Below the pieces are notes generated by a model. That model did not search any database. It worked only from the letters and a program-made list of their open reading frames with translations, and was not told the origin of the DNA. Shown one piece after another: positions 9,587 through 18,612 of a stretch of 61,826 nucleotides of DNA. This DNA comes from Candidatus Omnitrophota bacterium (GTDB lineage Bacteria; Omnitrophota; Gorgyraeia; Gygaellales; Profunditerraquicolaceae), in the NCBI GenBank assembly GCA_028712375.1, contig JAQTQG010000006.1, positions 1 through 61,826 of the forward strand, written 5' to 3'. The translations under genes were made by a program, and so were the position numbers. Every line of letters starts with the position of its first letter. Position 1 is the stretch's first letter.

Positions 9587-11215
9587 TTATTTTATAGAAT
9601 ACAGGATATACACCGCCATTCCATTTCTTTGGTAGAATTTTTTCTCTTCAATCAAGGATCTACCAGAATCTAAAACGATTTTCTCAAAGATGCGGTATAT
9701 TTGAGGACGATTGGTAAAAACCGGGCTGTGAAATATATACAGGTTGGCATTCTTATTTAAAGTAAGCTTGCATTCTTCAATAAAACTATTTTTTTTATCA
9801 CTCTCTCCCCCTTCAATATAACCAAACTGACGGGGGATTATCTTGCCTGCGGAAAGAAAAACCAGGTTATGATAAATCCCCCAATCCATTACACAGGGGG
9901 AAAATAATTCATTCTGCTTAAGATAATCTACCAGCTCATAAACGGTATCAGTATAATTACCGGCACCGCCGGTTTTATTGAAATATAGATAGTTATTCCT
10001 CACTGTAGCATTGCATTCTGCCACTACAAAAACTGCTACAACTATATTTATTATTACAACAATTACTCTATTTTTTTTAAAGACTTCTATTATATCCATC
10101 CAGGCTAGCGCTAAAATAACCGGGAGCAGGGGAAATATAATAAACAAGTGGGGGCCGTTTAAGCTGGATAAAGTGAATGGCGATTGCAAAATAACCAGGC
10201 ATAATAATAGGACAACAAAAGACACCTTCCCCCTGGAAAAACTACTTTTCCCGGAAAAAAATGAAAACGCTAACCAAAATAAAGAACCAAAAAATAAAAA
10301 AGGATAGAGTTGATTTACCGCTATCTGCTCCCGGGCAACCCCCTGCATCATTAAAGGGTGCAGCCCATTAAGGTAATTAATGAAAAATTCCATCCGGCTA
10401 CTTAAATTTTCAAAATACAGGCCGTTATTAATAGAAAACTTTGTTTTAAAAAAATGTTCTGTTATATAATTAACGGTATTTCCTTTAACCTTAAAGTTAT
10501 AAATAACAAACAATGCGAGCCCGCTGGTAAAACTTAACAGACCAAAAAACAGGTATCTAGCCGGACTATTTCGTATTTTGCTCAAGATTTTTTTATGGAA
10601 AATCAGGAACAAAATAATCAGGCTGTTAACAAACCATAGAAACCAAACCCGGATACTTATTCCTAACCCAAGAATAAATAAAACAACATAAAAATAGACG
10701 CGGTTACTTCCACGATACCATTTGAATAAACTGCATAACACCAATATAGCTGCCAAATGCAACATTGAAGCACTATTGAGCCCAAGTTTTGTCTCCAACA
10801 GGAACACGGAGCTAATTGTTAAAAAAATTATGCTGGCAAAAGCAACTTTACGATTAAAAAAATCTTTTAATAAAAAATACAAAGCGATTAAAAACCCCGC
10901 CTGCATAATTATAGGCACTAGCCTTAAAACAACTACGTTTGCTCCAAATAACCAGAGAAAAGGTGAAAGGATATAACCTTCCATTGCCCCGGAGTACTCT
11001 GCGCCCTGCATAATCGGTAAACACCTGCCGAATAATTTTACCGAATAATACGCAAACGGACCGATATTTTTAAGAATTTGCAGGCCGATACATCCGGAAA
11101 AAGCTTCATCTACATACAGCCCCGGCAGGCTGATATTTATAATTTCTAAAATTAAATAAATGAGAATAATTACCGCTAAAATTATTTTTTCGTTTTTTTC
11201 CATAAAACCTGCCAT
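9587..11215 (-). CDS. GT-C-like polytopic membrane glycosyltransferase
   Basis: 542 aa. A first-loop acidic motif (GLYVDEAF), many TM helices and a soluble C-terminus. Confidence 0.5.
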   Translation of the reverse strand: MAGFMEKNEKIILAVIILIYLILEIINISLPGLYVDEAFSGCIGLQILKNIGPFAYYSVKLFGRCLPIMQGAEYSGAMEGYILSPFLWLFGANVVVLRLVPIIMQAGFLIALYFLLKDFFNRKVAFASIIFLTISSVFLLETKLGLNSASMLHLAAILVLCSLFKWYRGSNRVYFYVVLFILGLGISIRVWFLWFVNSLIILFLIFHKKILSKIRNSPARYLFFGLLSFTSGLALFVIYNFKVKGNTVNYITEHFFKTKFSINNGLYFENLSSRMEFFINYLNGLHPLMMQGVAREQIAVNQLYPFLFFGSLFWLAFSFFSGKSSFSRGKVSFVVLLLCLVILQSPFTLSSLNGPHLFIIFPLLPVILALAWMDIIEVFKKNRVIVVIINIVVAVFVVAECNATVRNNYLYFNKTGGAGNYTDTVYELVDYLKQNELFSPCVMDWGIYHNLVFLSAGKIIPRQFGYIEGGESDKKNSFIEECKLTLNKNANLYIFHSPVFTNRPQIYRIFEKIVLDSGRSLIEEKKFYQRNGMAVYILYSIK

Positions 11216-11531
11216 CTTAACGTTACTCCCGGATAACCCGCGGTTTCCCGCTCTTGAACGATTAACAGCAAACAGAAAAATGACCGGCGGTTGTTTTCAT
11301 GATAAACGCAAAAACAAGCATTCAATTATTTCTTACCGGCGAATAGCCTGAAAACTATTAAATATTCTAGCATAAATCCCGATATTATTAGCAATTTAAT
11401 AACCACTTTATAGCTAAAATACGCAATCCGGCAGGGCCATATCTCTTCCTTAAAAAACAGCCGGATTCTTAACGGGCAAAATCTCAAATTAGCAGTTTAC
11501 GGTGTTCTGCGGGGTAACCCATATACTTGTC

Positions 11532-13268
11532 TTATGATTTTGTTAATTTTATCTGCGGGGCGAATAAATCGTAGAGCTCTTTTTCGTTTCGCATTATCTG
11601 CTCTGATTTGGCAATAACTATAGAATAGGGATTTTTAATAAAATACACCAAATCCGCGGCGTGGATCGCAGATAATCTATGCGAAACTATAATAAAGGTG
11701 GTTTTACTATAAGCCTGCCGTATATTCTTAATAATCTGCTCTTCGCTCTCTGAATCCATAGAAGACATTGCCTCATCAAGAATAAGTATTTTAGGATTTT
11801 TAATCAAAGCGCGCGCAATAGCAATTTTTTGTTTTTGCCCCTCCGAAAGTTTACAGCCATTTTCGCCGATTATAGTTGAATATTTATTAGGTAAATTATT
11901 AATAAATTGATCTGCCCCGGTCATCCGGGCCGCCCAGACAACCTGATCATTGCTTACTCTCTCCAGAGGGTATTTTATATTGTTAAAAATAGAATCCTCC
12001 CATAAAAATGGTTCCTGCATCGCAATACCAATCTGGCTTCTTAGAGAGATAAACTTAAATTCTTTTATATTGTGCCCATCAATCGATATTCCGCCCTGCC
12101 AAGGATCATACAGCCTCAATAAAAGATTCAGCAGCGTGGTTTTACCGCTGCCGGATCGTCCAGCAATTGCCACGCAGCTTCCCGGTTCAATAACAAAACT
12201 CAACTTCTCCAACACCGGGATTGATTTATATCCGAAACTTAAATTTTCAACCACAATACGGCCCTCATCCATAAGTATCTCTTGAGCCTGGGCAGATTCA
12301 ACAACCTTGGCTTCTTCGGATATCAACTGTTCAACCCTGCCGCAAGAAATAAACCCCCGGATAGCAACGCGCCAAAAAGAAGCAAAATTCTCCACTAATC
12401 CGAATAGCTGGCTTAAATAAACAATAACTACCGTTAAGGTCCCCAACGTCAACCTACCCCTGATCACCTGATATCCACCGTAAAAAACAATACCGCCGAT
12501 AACCACTTTGCTTATAGCATTGCCGGCGAATACCGCTAAAATATCCAATTTGGAATTCTTTAACTGAAGATGCATATTGATCAACCAATTGTGTAAATAC
12601 TTTTTTATCTCCGCGCCATCCGAACCGAAAGCTTTAACCAGTTTAATATGTGAAAAGAGCTCCGTTAATTTTTTAAACAAAAATTCGGTGTTCTTTATAA
12701 TATCTTCCCCGATATTTTTTAATTTTCTATTAAAATAATACTGGGACACCCCCATAACTAACATAATAAACCAGCTTAGCAATGTTATGCGCCAGTCAAG
12801 ATAAAACAAGACCAGGCAAGTAAATAATATGCCTCCTAAGATGGTGATGATTTTCCGAGGAACCGCCGTAATTAATTCAGCAATCCTTTCTGAATCGTAA
12901 GTTATTTTATACACATGTTCCCCGGTTGATTTACCTTGGAACCAATTTATGGAAAGTTTCTCAAAACATACGAATAAATCCCTGGTCAATTCTACGGTCA
13001 CCTTAAACTTTACAACTCTTTCCAAATAATCCGCTGCGGCTTTCACTACGCCGCTGACAACAAAAACCAACGCGCTGGCAGAGAAAAATATAACAAAATT
13101 TTTCAAATCTTTCCCGATAATTGCTTTATCCATAATCAGCTTGCCGAAATAAGGATTTACCAGGGCAAACAAAACGGTCAAGCTGCTTAGAATTAAAATC
13201 AACAGTTCGCTTTTCCAATAAGGCAAAAGGTACCTGGCAAATTTAAAAAATAATTTATTTTTTATCAT
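11532..13268 (-). CDS. ABC exporter, fused permease-ATPase (type I exporter), no N-terminal C39 peptidase domain
   Basis: Walker A GRSGSGKTT, signature LSEGQKQKIAIARAL, Walker B ILILDEA, and a six-TM N-terminal half. Confidence 0.9.
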   Translation of the reverse strand: MIKNKLFFKFARYLLPYWKSELLILILSSLTVLFALVNPYFGKLIMDKAIIGKDLKNFVIFFSASALVFVVSGVVKAAADYLERVVKFKVTVELTRDLFVCFEKLSINWFQGKSTGEHVYKITYDSERIAELITAVPRKIITILGGILFTCLVLFYLDWRITLLSWFIMLVMGVSQYYFNRKLKNIGEDIIKNTEFLFKKLTELFSHIKLVKAFGSDGAEIKKYLHNWLINMHLQLKNSKLDILAVFAGNAISKVVIGGIVFYGGYQVIRGRLTLGTLTVVIVYLSQLFGLVENFASFWRVAIRGFISCGRVEQLISEEAKVVESAQAQEILMDEGRIVVENLSFGYKSIPVLEKLSFVIEPGSCVAIAGRSGSGKTTLLNLLLRLYDPWQGGISIDGHNIKEFKFISLRSQIGIAMQEPFLWEDSIFNNIKYPLERVSNDQVVWAARMTGADQFINNLPNKYSTIIGENGCKLSEGQKQKIAIARALIKNPKILILDEAMSSMDSESEEQIIKNIRQAYSKTTFIIVSHRLSAIHAADLVYFIKNPYSIVIAKSEQIMRNEKELYDLFAPQIKLTKS

Positions 13269-13277
13269 ATTAGAAGC

Positions 13278-13718
13278 TTACCTCTTGCCTAAATCAGAAT
13301 CCGGACTCTGCCGAAAACTATATTTACTATTTATTGTTGCTGCAAAAAAATAATAAACCGCCAACCAATAAAAAAGAAACTTATTATAAAACCCCATTTT
13401 TTTATTATCTATAGCGATAATATTATCGGCCCTGTTGACCGCGACGACTTTGCCGATGACCCAATCATATTCCACCGGCTGTTCAATAAAAAGATCCCGG
13501 TCGCCTTTGGTTAAAAACACAATCCGCTTTTGATTTCTAATTATTTTTATTAACCGATGCGCAAATAAATTTCCTCCCCGGTTGAAAGCAACGACATCCC
13601 CGGGATCAAAATCCACATCCCGGGCAGATTTAATGACCAGCGCATCATTTGGACAAATAACCGGCATCATACAATTACCTTGGGATTTTTTATATATATA
13701 TTTTTCTTGCGGGATCAT
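13278..13718 (-). CDS. SipW/Sec11-type (S26B-like) signal-peptidase homologue with Cys in place of the nucleophile Ser
   Basis: GNCMMP aligns with SGSMEP. Also GDVVAF, the His box LFAHRLI, LTKGDRD (compare TKGDNN), VIGKVV, and a C-terminal TM helix. Confidence 0.6.
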   Translation of the reverse strand: MIPQEKYIYKKSQGNCMMPVICPNDALVIKSARDVDFDPGDVVAFNRGGNLFAHRLIKIIRNQKRIVFLTKGDRDLFIEQPVEYDWVIGKVVAVNRADNIIAIDNKKMGFYNKFLFYWLAVYYFFAATINSKYSFRQSPDSDLGKR

Positions 13719-13766
13719 TATAGCAATATTCCAGATTTATTAAACACTGTATTTAACTGTTGATTT

Positions 13767-14708
13767 TTACTCCTGGGCAAAATCAAAGAAATTAGAATTT
13801 GACCTGCCGGGCGCGCGCCGGGGATCATTAGAAAAAATAAATGCATTCTGCTGACGATTTAGCTGGTCACAAACACCGCAATAAGGGAATTTATCAAAAT
13901 TTGTTTTTTTATGCCCCTGCCTTAATTCTTCATACAAGCTACTGTGCATCACCTCTTCTATGCTTTGATCTCTTAAATTGCCCAAAACCAGGTAACCATT
14001 ATAATCAAAACAGCAGGGAACAACTACCCCGTCCCATTGCACTTGCAAAGGCCCACACCATGGCCTGCCGCAACTTTTAGGCTTAACCGCCTGAGCCCTG
14101 TAAACTCTTCCGTCAATATAGTTATGCGGCCGCCAAATTTCAACAAAATCAGCTGTTATCCAGAAATTTTCGAAAGCCGCCGCCTGATGGGCATTTTCAT
14201 CCAAAACAAGAAAAGAAAGCGAAATTTCCGGATGGGGCAAATGCCGAAGTTTTTTTTGTTCTATTAACTTTTGGACGTTCGCTAAAGTAACATTAAAAGA
14301 TAATCCGCGATGCACTAACTCATAAACATCGCTAGTCAATCCATAAAAACTTATCCTTAGGCCGTCTAGGCCTGAAGTAATTATATTATCAGACATCTGC
14401 GAGTTAAGTAAAGAGGCGTTGGTAATGGTATTTACGCTTAAGCCTCTATCTTTAATATATTTTATGCGCTCTATAAAATAAGGATCCAGCAGGGGTTCGC
14501 CGAATCCTCCTAAAAAAATATGTTTTACACCGCAAGACACAGCATTATCAACAATTTTTTTAAAAAGCGGCCATTCCATTATACCCTGCGCCCGGGTTAA
14601 TTTATCCCGCGGGCACATAATACAGCTGCTGTTACATAAATTTGTATTTTCAATCCTTACTTCTGGATTTGTTAGTTTCATCTTTTTTTTCACCTGATAA
14701 AAAAACAT
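13767..14708 (-). CDS. radical SAM protein with SPASM/twitch-like C-terminal Cys cluster
   Basis: CNSSCIMC (CX3CX2C) near the N-terminus. C-terminal CGRPWCGPLQVQWDGVVVPCCFDYNG...PYCGVCDQ. Confidence 0.8.
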   Translation of the reverse strand: MFFYQVKKKMKLTNPEVRIENTNLCNSSCIMCPRDKLTRAQGIMEWPLFKKIVDNAVSCGVKHIFLGGFGEPLLDPYFIERIKYIKDRGLSVNTITNASLLNSQMSDNIITSGLDGLRISFYGLTSDVYELVHRGLSFNVTLANVQKLIEQKKLRHLPHPEISLSFLVLDENAHQAAAFENFWITADFVEIWRPHNYIDGRVYRAQAVKPKSCGRPWCGPLQVQWDGVVVPCCFDYNGYLVLGNLRDQSIEEVMHSSLYEELRQGHKKTNFDKFPYCGVCDQLNRQQNAFIFSNDPRRAPGRSNSNFFDFAQE

Positions 14709-16236
14709 CTGCTTTTTCGGCTATGCGGCCCACTGTAATACTGTCAAAACACAACCTTTTATCAAACAAACAATACTCCGCGTTACAAGGTGAACATGCT
14801 ATATTCGGAACAACTGAAGCATGCGAAGGAATGCTGTGCCCCGGAAGGCCCGGGCTAGTGGAACCATAAATAACAACACAATTAGTACGCAGCGCCACCG
14901 CAATTTCAGAAGCTCCCGAATCATTAACAATTAAAAGCTTTGCTTTCTCCAATAAAGCCGCATAAAGATCCACGGTTAATAAGCCGGCTAGATTCCAATG
15001 TTTTTTCTTCATCAAGCCAGACATCGCATAATCAACATCGGTGTTGTAACTGTTCAAAGGCTCAGCTATAATTACTTTTGCTTGATAGGTATCCACCAGA
15101 TAATCTCCGATCTCTGCAAATCTAGCAACTGCCCAACGCTTATGCTGCACTGTCCCGGGAGTAACTACCACAATCAAACTATTGCTATCTATGCCCTGGT
15201 GGTTAAGAATACTCTTGATCTTTTCCCGAGAAAGATCATTTACCATCAAACCTGGCAAATTTACCGATACCGGAATATTACAGCGAAGAAGAAAGTCAAT
15301 ATAAGTATCTCCGGTCTTAACTGGCAGCGATCTCTCGGGCTCCTTAAAGCCACCCGCACAGGCAGGCTCGGCAATATTAAACACCTTTCTCCCTTTAATA
15401 AATTTGTCAAATGCCGGCAATTCGGATTTTTTCCCTCCCAATAAATACACCGCCTGAAATTTGAACCTTAAAACATCGGGGAATACCTTAAAAATGTTAT
15501 GCAGCCATTTTTTTTTGTTGAAAAACACCCAATTGCTAACAAAAGGAATACACTTTACGAGATCTTTATAATTATCCGGGATAATTGCAGTTATCCTGGT
15601 CTGCGGGAAATTTGCCCGAAGGTTCTGCAGAACCGGTAAAGTAATAATAAAATCTCCTAATCCTGCAGTAGTCCGGTATGCAACGCAAATACCATCATTT
15701 ATACAGGCATAACGCAAGCGCCATAAATTAGCCCCCCGCATAAACAGTTCAACTAAATAATTTCTTAATTTAAGACAAGCATAAAAAGCTTTTCTAATAA
15801 AATACCTGGTCAGTTTATGAAAAAGAATAAAAAACAATGCCACCGGTAATTTTGCCCCCTTGATCTTCATAGAATACTTCTTATTCCAACGGTTAACAAT
15901 AACCAACTCTCTTTCGCTCCGCAATAGCAATAACGAAGCTAAAAGTAAGCTAGCGGCCCAAATTTTTGGCATGTTGATATACGGTAAAAAAACCACCTTA
16001 AAGCGGACATCGCGGATACGTTTAAAAGCTAATAATAAATCACGGAAATTATCCAAACAACCCAAAACATTGCATTTAGCAGTATTCCAGGCCAACGCAT
16101 TTTTTTTACCGAGAGCAATAATCGAAATGTCGGAAAATTGTATGCCGGGATAATAAAATTGCACATAAGCAAGCGCGCATTTCCTATAGGTCGCGTAATC
16201 CGCAGTTAATATAAGTATTTTATCCGAAGTAGGCAT
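14650..16236 (-). CDS. family 9 glycosyltransferase (heptosyltransferase-like) with ~180-aa N-terminal extension
   Basis: GLGDFIITLPVLQNLRANFP and C-terminal NDSGASEIAVAL motifs, typical of GT9. Confidence 0.7.
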   Translation of the reverse strand: MPTSDKILILTADYATYRKCALAYVQFYYPGIQFSDISIIALGKKNALAWNTAKCNVLGCLDNFRDLLLAFKRIRDVRFKVVFLPYINMPKIWAASLLLASLLLLRSERELVIVNRWNKKYSMKIKGAKLPVALFFILFHKLTRYFIRKAFYACLKLRNYLVELFMRGANLWRLRYACINDGICVAYRTTAGLGDFIITLPVLQNLRANFPQTRITAIIPDNYKDLVKCIPFVSNWVFFNKKKWLHNIFKVFPDVLRFKFQAVYLLGGKKSELPAFDKFIKGRKVFNIAEPACAGGFKEPERSLPVKTGDTYIDFLLRCNIPVSVNLPGLMVNDLSREKIKSILNHQGIDSNSLIVVVTPGTVQHKRWAVARFAEIGDYLVDTYQAKVIIAEPLNSYNTDVDYAMSGLMKKKHWNLAGLLTVDLYAALLEKAKLLIVNDSGASEIAVALRTNCVVIYGSTSPGLPGHSIPSHASVVPNIACSPCNAEYCLFDKRLCFDSITVGRIAEKADVFLSGEKKDETNKSRSKD

Positions 16237-16243
16237 TTATATT

Positions 16244-17722
16244 TCAAATATTCCCCAGCCCAAGCTGCTTTATTTCCCCGATTACCATTTCCGGAGTTAA
16301 GTCCTGCATACATTTTCTCTCAGGCAAGATACAGCGCCCCGTACAAGGACTGCATTGACAAGCGGTATTCCTGATAACTTTATAAGCAGGATGATTATAC
16401 CCACTGACCACCGGATCAGTAGCGCCATAAACCACTGCAGCCGGAGTCCCCACGGCAAATGCAATATGCGCCGGGCCGGAATCATTACACACCACCAGTT
16501 TGGATTTTTTAATTACGGCAACTAATTGACTTTGGCTCAAGCTGCCGGTCAAATTTAAACAATTTCCTTCAAGCTGACTGGCAATTGCCCGGGATTTTAA
16601 CAACTCCACAGTATCGGATGCTCCGGAAATAACAATTTTATACTTGTAGTGCTGGGCAATAAACCGGGCGACCTGCAAATACCCTTGCGCCAACCATGTG
16701 CGGACATCATCTCTTCCGGGGACAATCACGGCAAAGGCCGTATCCGGACCAATTCCCTGTTTAGACAAAAGTTTTTCTGTATCCTGCAAAACCTCAGGCG
16801 GGACACTTAAGGCCGTTCCTAATCCATCTGTTTTTAAACCATTCTGCATTAAATAGTTCAAAGAAAGCCACCTCAGCCCGAGGCTGCCATAAGTTTTTGC
16901 TTCACGCACTATCCTAAAATTATATATTTTTGCTTTATTAAACAGTAATTTAAGATAGCCGATAAACGGAGATTCCCCCAACACAAAAATGTTTTTAATA
17001 TTTTTTTGATACAGTTGGCGCAAGACACGGGCGTCCACACAACCGGAATCCTCTTTTGGAGTAAAATACCAATAATCCACTCCCGGGATACACCTACTAA
17101 TATCTTTAAATTTACCCCAACTCAAACAATTAACCTTGTGCCCGGGAAAATTAATATTAACCGCCCTTATATAGGGGGTAGTTGCTGTTAAATCCCCAAT
17201 TCCTAATACACCTAAAATAACCAAATTTTCATTTGCGGTAGAAATTGATTGCCTGCGGACAAACATGCTCTGCAATAGAAGATACAAATACGCCGACCTT
17301 ACAGAGAATAATTTATTCCAGCAAGACTTCAGAGTATTTATTAAATCGTTTCTCCAGGCATTTATCAGACCCCCGGGGGAATAAATAAGGCCTCCTAAAT
17401 CCGGGACCCAAATTACTTTGACTTTAAACAAGCTTAAAAATAAAAATAATAAAAAATTTATAGAAGTTTTAATTATTTTTTTATCCGATAAAACAAATAT
17501 AATTACAGAATATTTATTGCGCAGGAGGGATAAAATACCATTCAGATGCCCAACGATCAAACGGCATTTACTGACAGACCAGACGATTTTTTCTTTTTTT
17601 CCACAAAGTATAACGGTTAACTCCGCCTCAGGGGCTATCTGCCGGGCGATCGGTATAATACATTTCCTGTAAACATTATAACTACTGATAAAAGCTGCTA
17701 AGCTCGGCTTGTTTTGGCTCAT
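16244..17722 (-). CDS. family 9 glycosyltransferase, paralogue of the downstream gene, same N-terminal extension
   Basis: GIGDLTATTPYIRAVNINFP and CNDSGPAHIAFAVG. The N-terminus is alignable with that of 14650..16236. ATGA overlap with the upstream gene. Confidence 0.7.
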   Translation of the reverse strand: MSQNKPSLAAFISSYNVYRKCIIPIARQIAPEAELTVILCGKKEKIVWSVSKCRLIVGHLNGILSLLRNKYSVIIFVLSDKKIIKTSINFLLFLFLSLFKVKVIWVPDLGGLIYSPGGLINAWRNDLINTLKSCWNKLFSVRSAYLYLLLQSMFVRRQSISTANENLVILGVLGIGDLTATTPYIRAVNINFPGHKVNCLSWGKFKDISRCIPGVDYWYFTPKEDSGCVDARVLRQLYQKNIKNIFVLGESPFIGYLKLLFNKAKIYNFRIVREAKTYGSLGLRWLSLNYLMQNGLKTDGLGTALSVPPEVLQDTEKLLSKQGIGPDTAFAVIVPGRDDVRTWLAQGYLQVARFIAQHYKYKIVISGASDTVELLKSRAIASQLEGNCLNLTGSLSQSQLVAVIKKSKLVVCNDSGPAHIAFAVGTPAAVVYGATDPVVSGYNHPAYKVIRNTACQCSPCTGRCILPERKCMQDLTPEMVIGEIKQLGLGNI

Positions 17723-18612
17723 TTAGCTGCAAGCGCCCTTACAAAATTTACCGCTGTGTTATCAGGCACAAACTCCAGTTCATAACAAGGGATATTTTTT
17801 ACAATCTGTCCGCATAAATCTATAGATTTTTGATAAGCGCAATTATCCCACAGCGGAGCATGCGATCTTGAAATAAGTAAAGATACCGCCTGGCTGCTGG
17901 AAACACGGGTAGCCTTATTCGCCTTTCCATGTTTTAGAAAAAAGATGCCCTTCAGCGGCGCCCCGGATGGAGATACATTTCTAAATTTACCGAACCACGG
18001 AGTCCCGAAAATCCAGAACTTTTTATTGATTTTCCGGATAATCACTTTATCGTCATTAAGTAACATTGCCCCGCTTTTTATCCATAAATTAGCGGTGGTT
18101 GTTTTTCCGTATCCGGAATGCCCTAAAAATATGAACCCTACCCCTTTATCCACCACTCCGCAGGAATGAAAAAGAACGGCGTTCTTGGTATAAAGCAACG
18201 AAGAAACTAAAATCGGCCCCATCAAAGGAAGCAAAGGATTGATTTCCGGAGTTTTCCCCAGCCGATTGCGGTCGAATATTTCTCCATAGCTGAAGTTTTT
18301 ATTAAAAACTGCGGCATGGTATGGCTGGGGTAAATATTTAATTTCGGGAGCGCTAAATAATAAAATTTTTTTATTCTCAGCCTGGTGCAAACCCCAATAA
18401 TATCCATCAAAGATTTTTTGGCTGTTATTTAAAGATAGAAACTTTTTATCCACGTCTCTGCATTTAATCACCAGCCTGATGTCCGGCCGGGACATAGAAC
18501 CCACGATAAACCTTTTTAGCATATGGATATTTTCAAGCTTGCTTAAAGAATTCTGAGATTCTAATGAAAATTTAATACCCCCGATTTTAAAACAGATTTT
18601 GCGCTTTACCAT
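17719..18612 (-). CDS. HPr-kinase-like P-loop protein (HprK C-terminal-domain homologue)
   Basis: P-loop FLGHSGYGKTT. The start is moved to ATG 18612 (MVKRKICFKIGG), which overlaps the upstream stop by 7 nt. Confidence 0.6.
   Translation of the reverse strand: MVKRKICFKIGGIKFSLESQNSLSKLENIHMLKRFIVGSMSRPDIRLVIKCRDVDKKFLSLNNSQKIFDGYYWGLHQAENKKILLFSAPEIKYLPQPYHAAVFNKNFSYGEIFDRNRLGKTPEINPLLPLMGPILVSSLLYTKNAVLFHSCGVVDKGVGFIFLGHSGYGKTTTANLWIKSGAMLLNDDKVIIRKINKKFWIFGTPWFGKFRNVSPSGAPLKGIFFLKHGKANKATRVSSSQAVSLLISRSHAPLWDNCAYQKSIDLCGQIVKNIPCYELEFVPDNTAVNFVRALAAK

Noticed and set aside
11505-11525. The shared 12-mer TATGGGTTACCC at 11505-11525 (minus strand) and 48179-48196 (plus strand).
   Set aside because: Matches of about 12 nt are expected by chance many times in 2 x 62 kb of AT-rich sequence, and there is no flanking similarity.
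11216-11531. Possible second precursor or immunity micro-ORFs downstream of the ABC exporter (for example MLVFAFIMKTTAGHFSVCC).
   Set aside because: Candidates are 8-19 codons long, lack an SD, and have no leader-like features or coupling to neighbouring genes.
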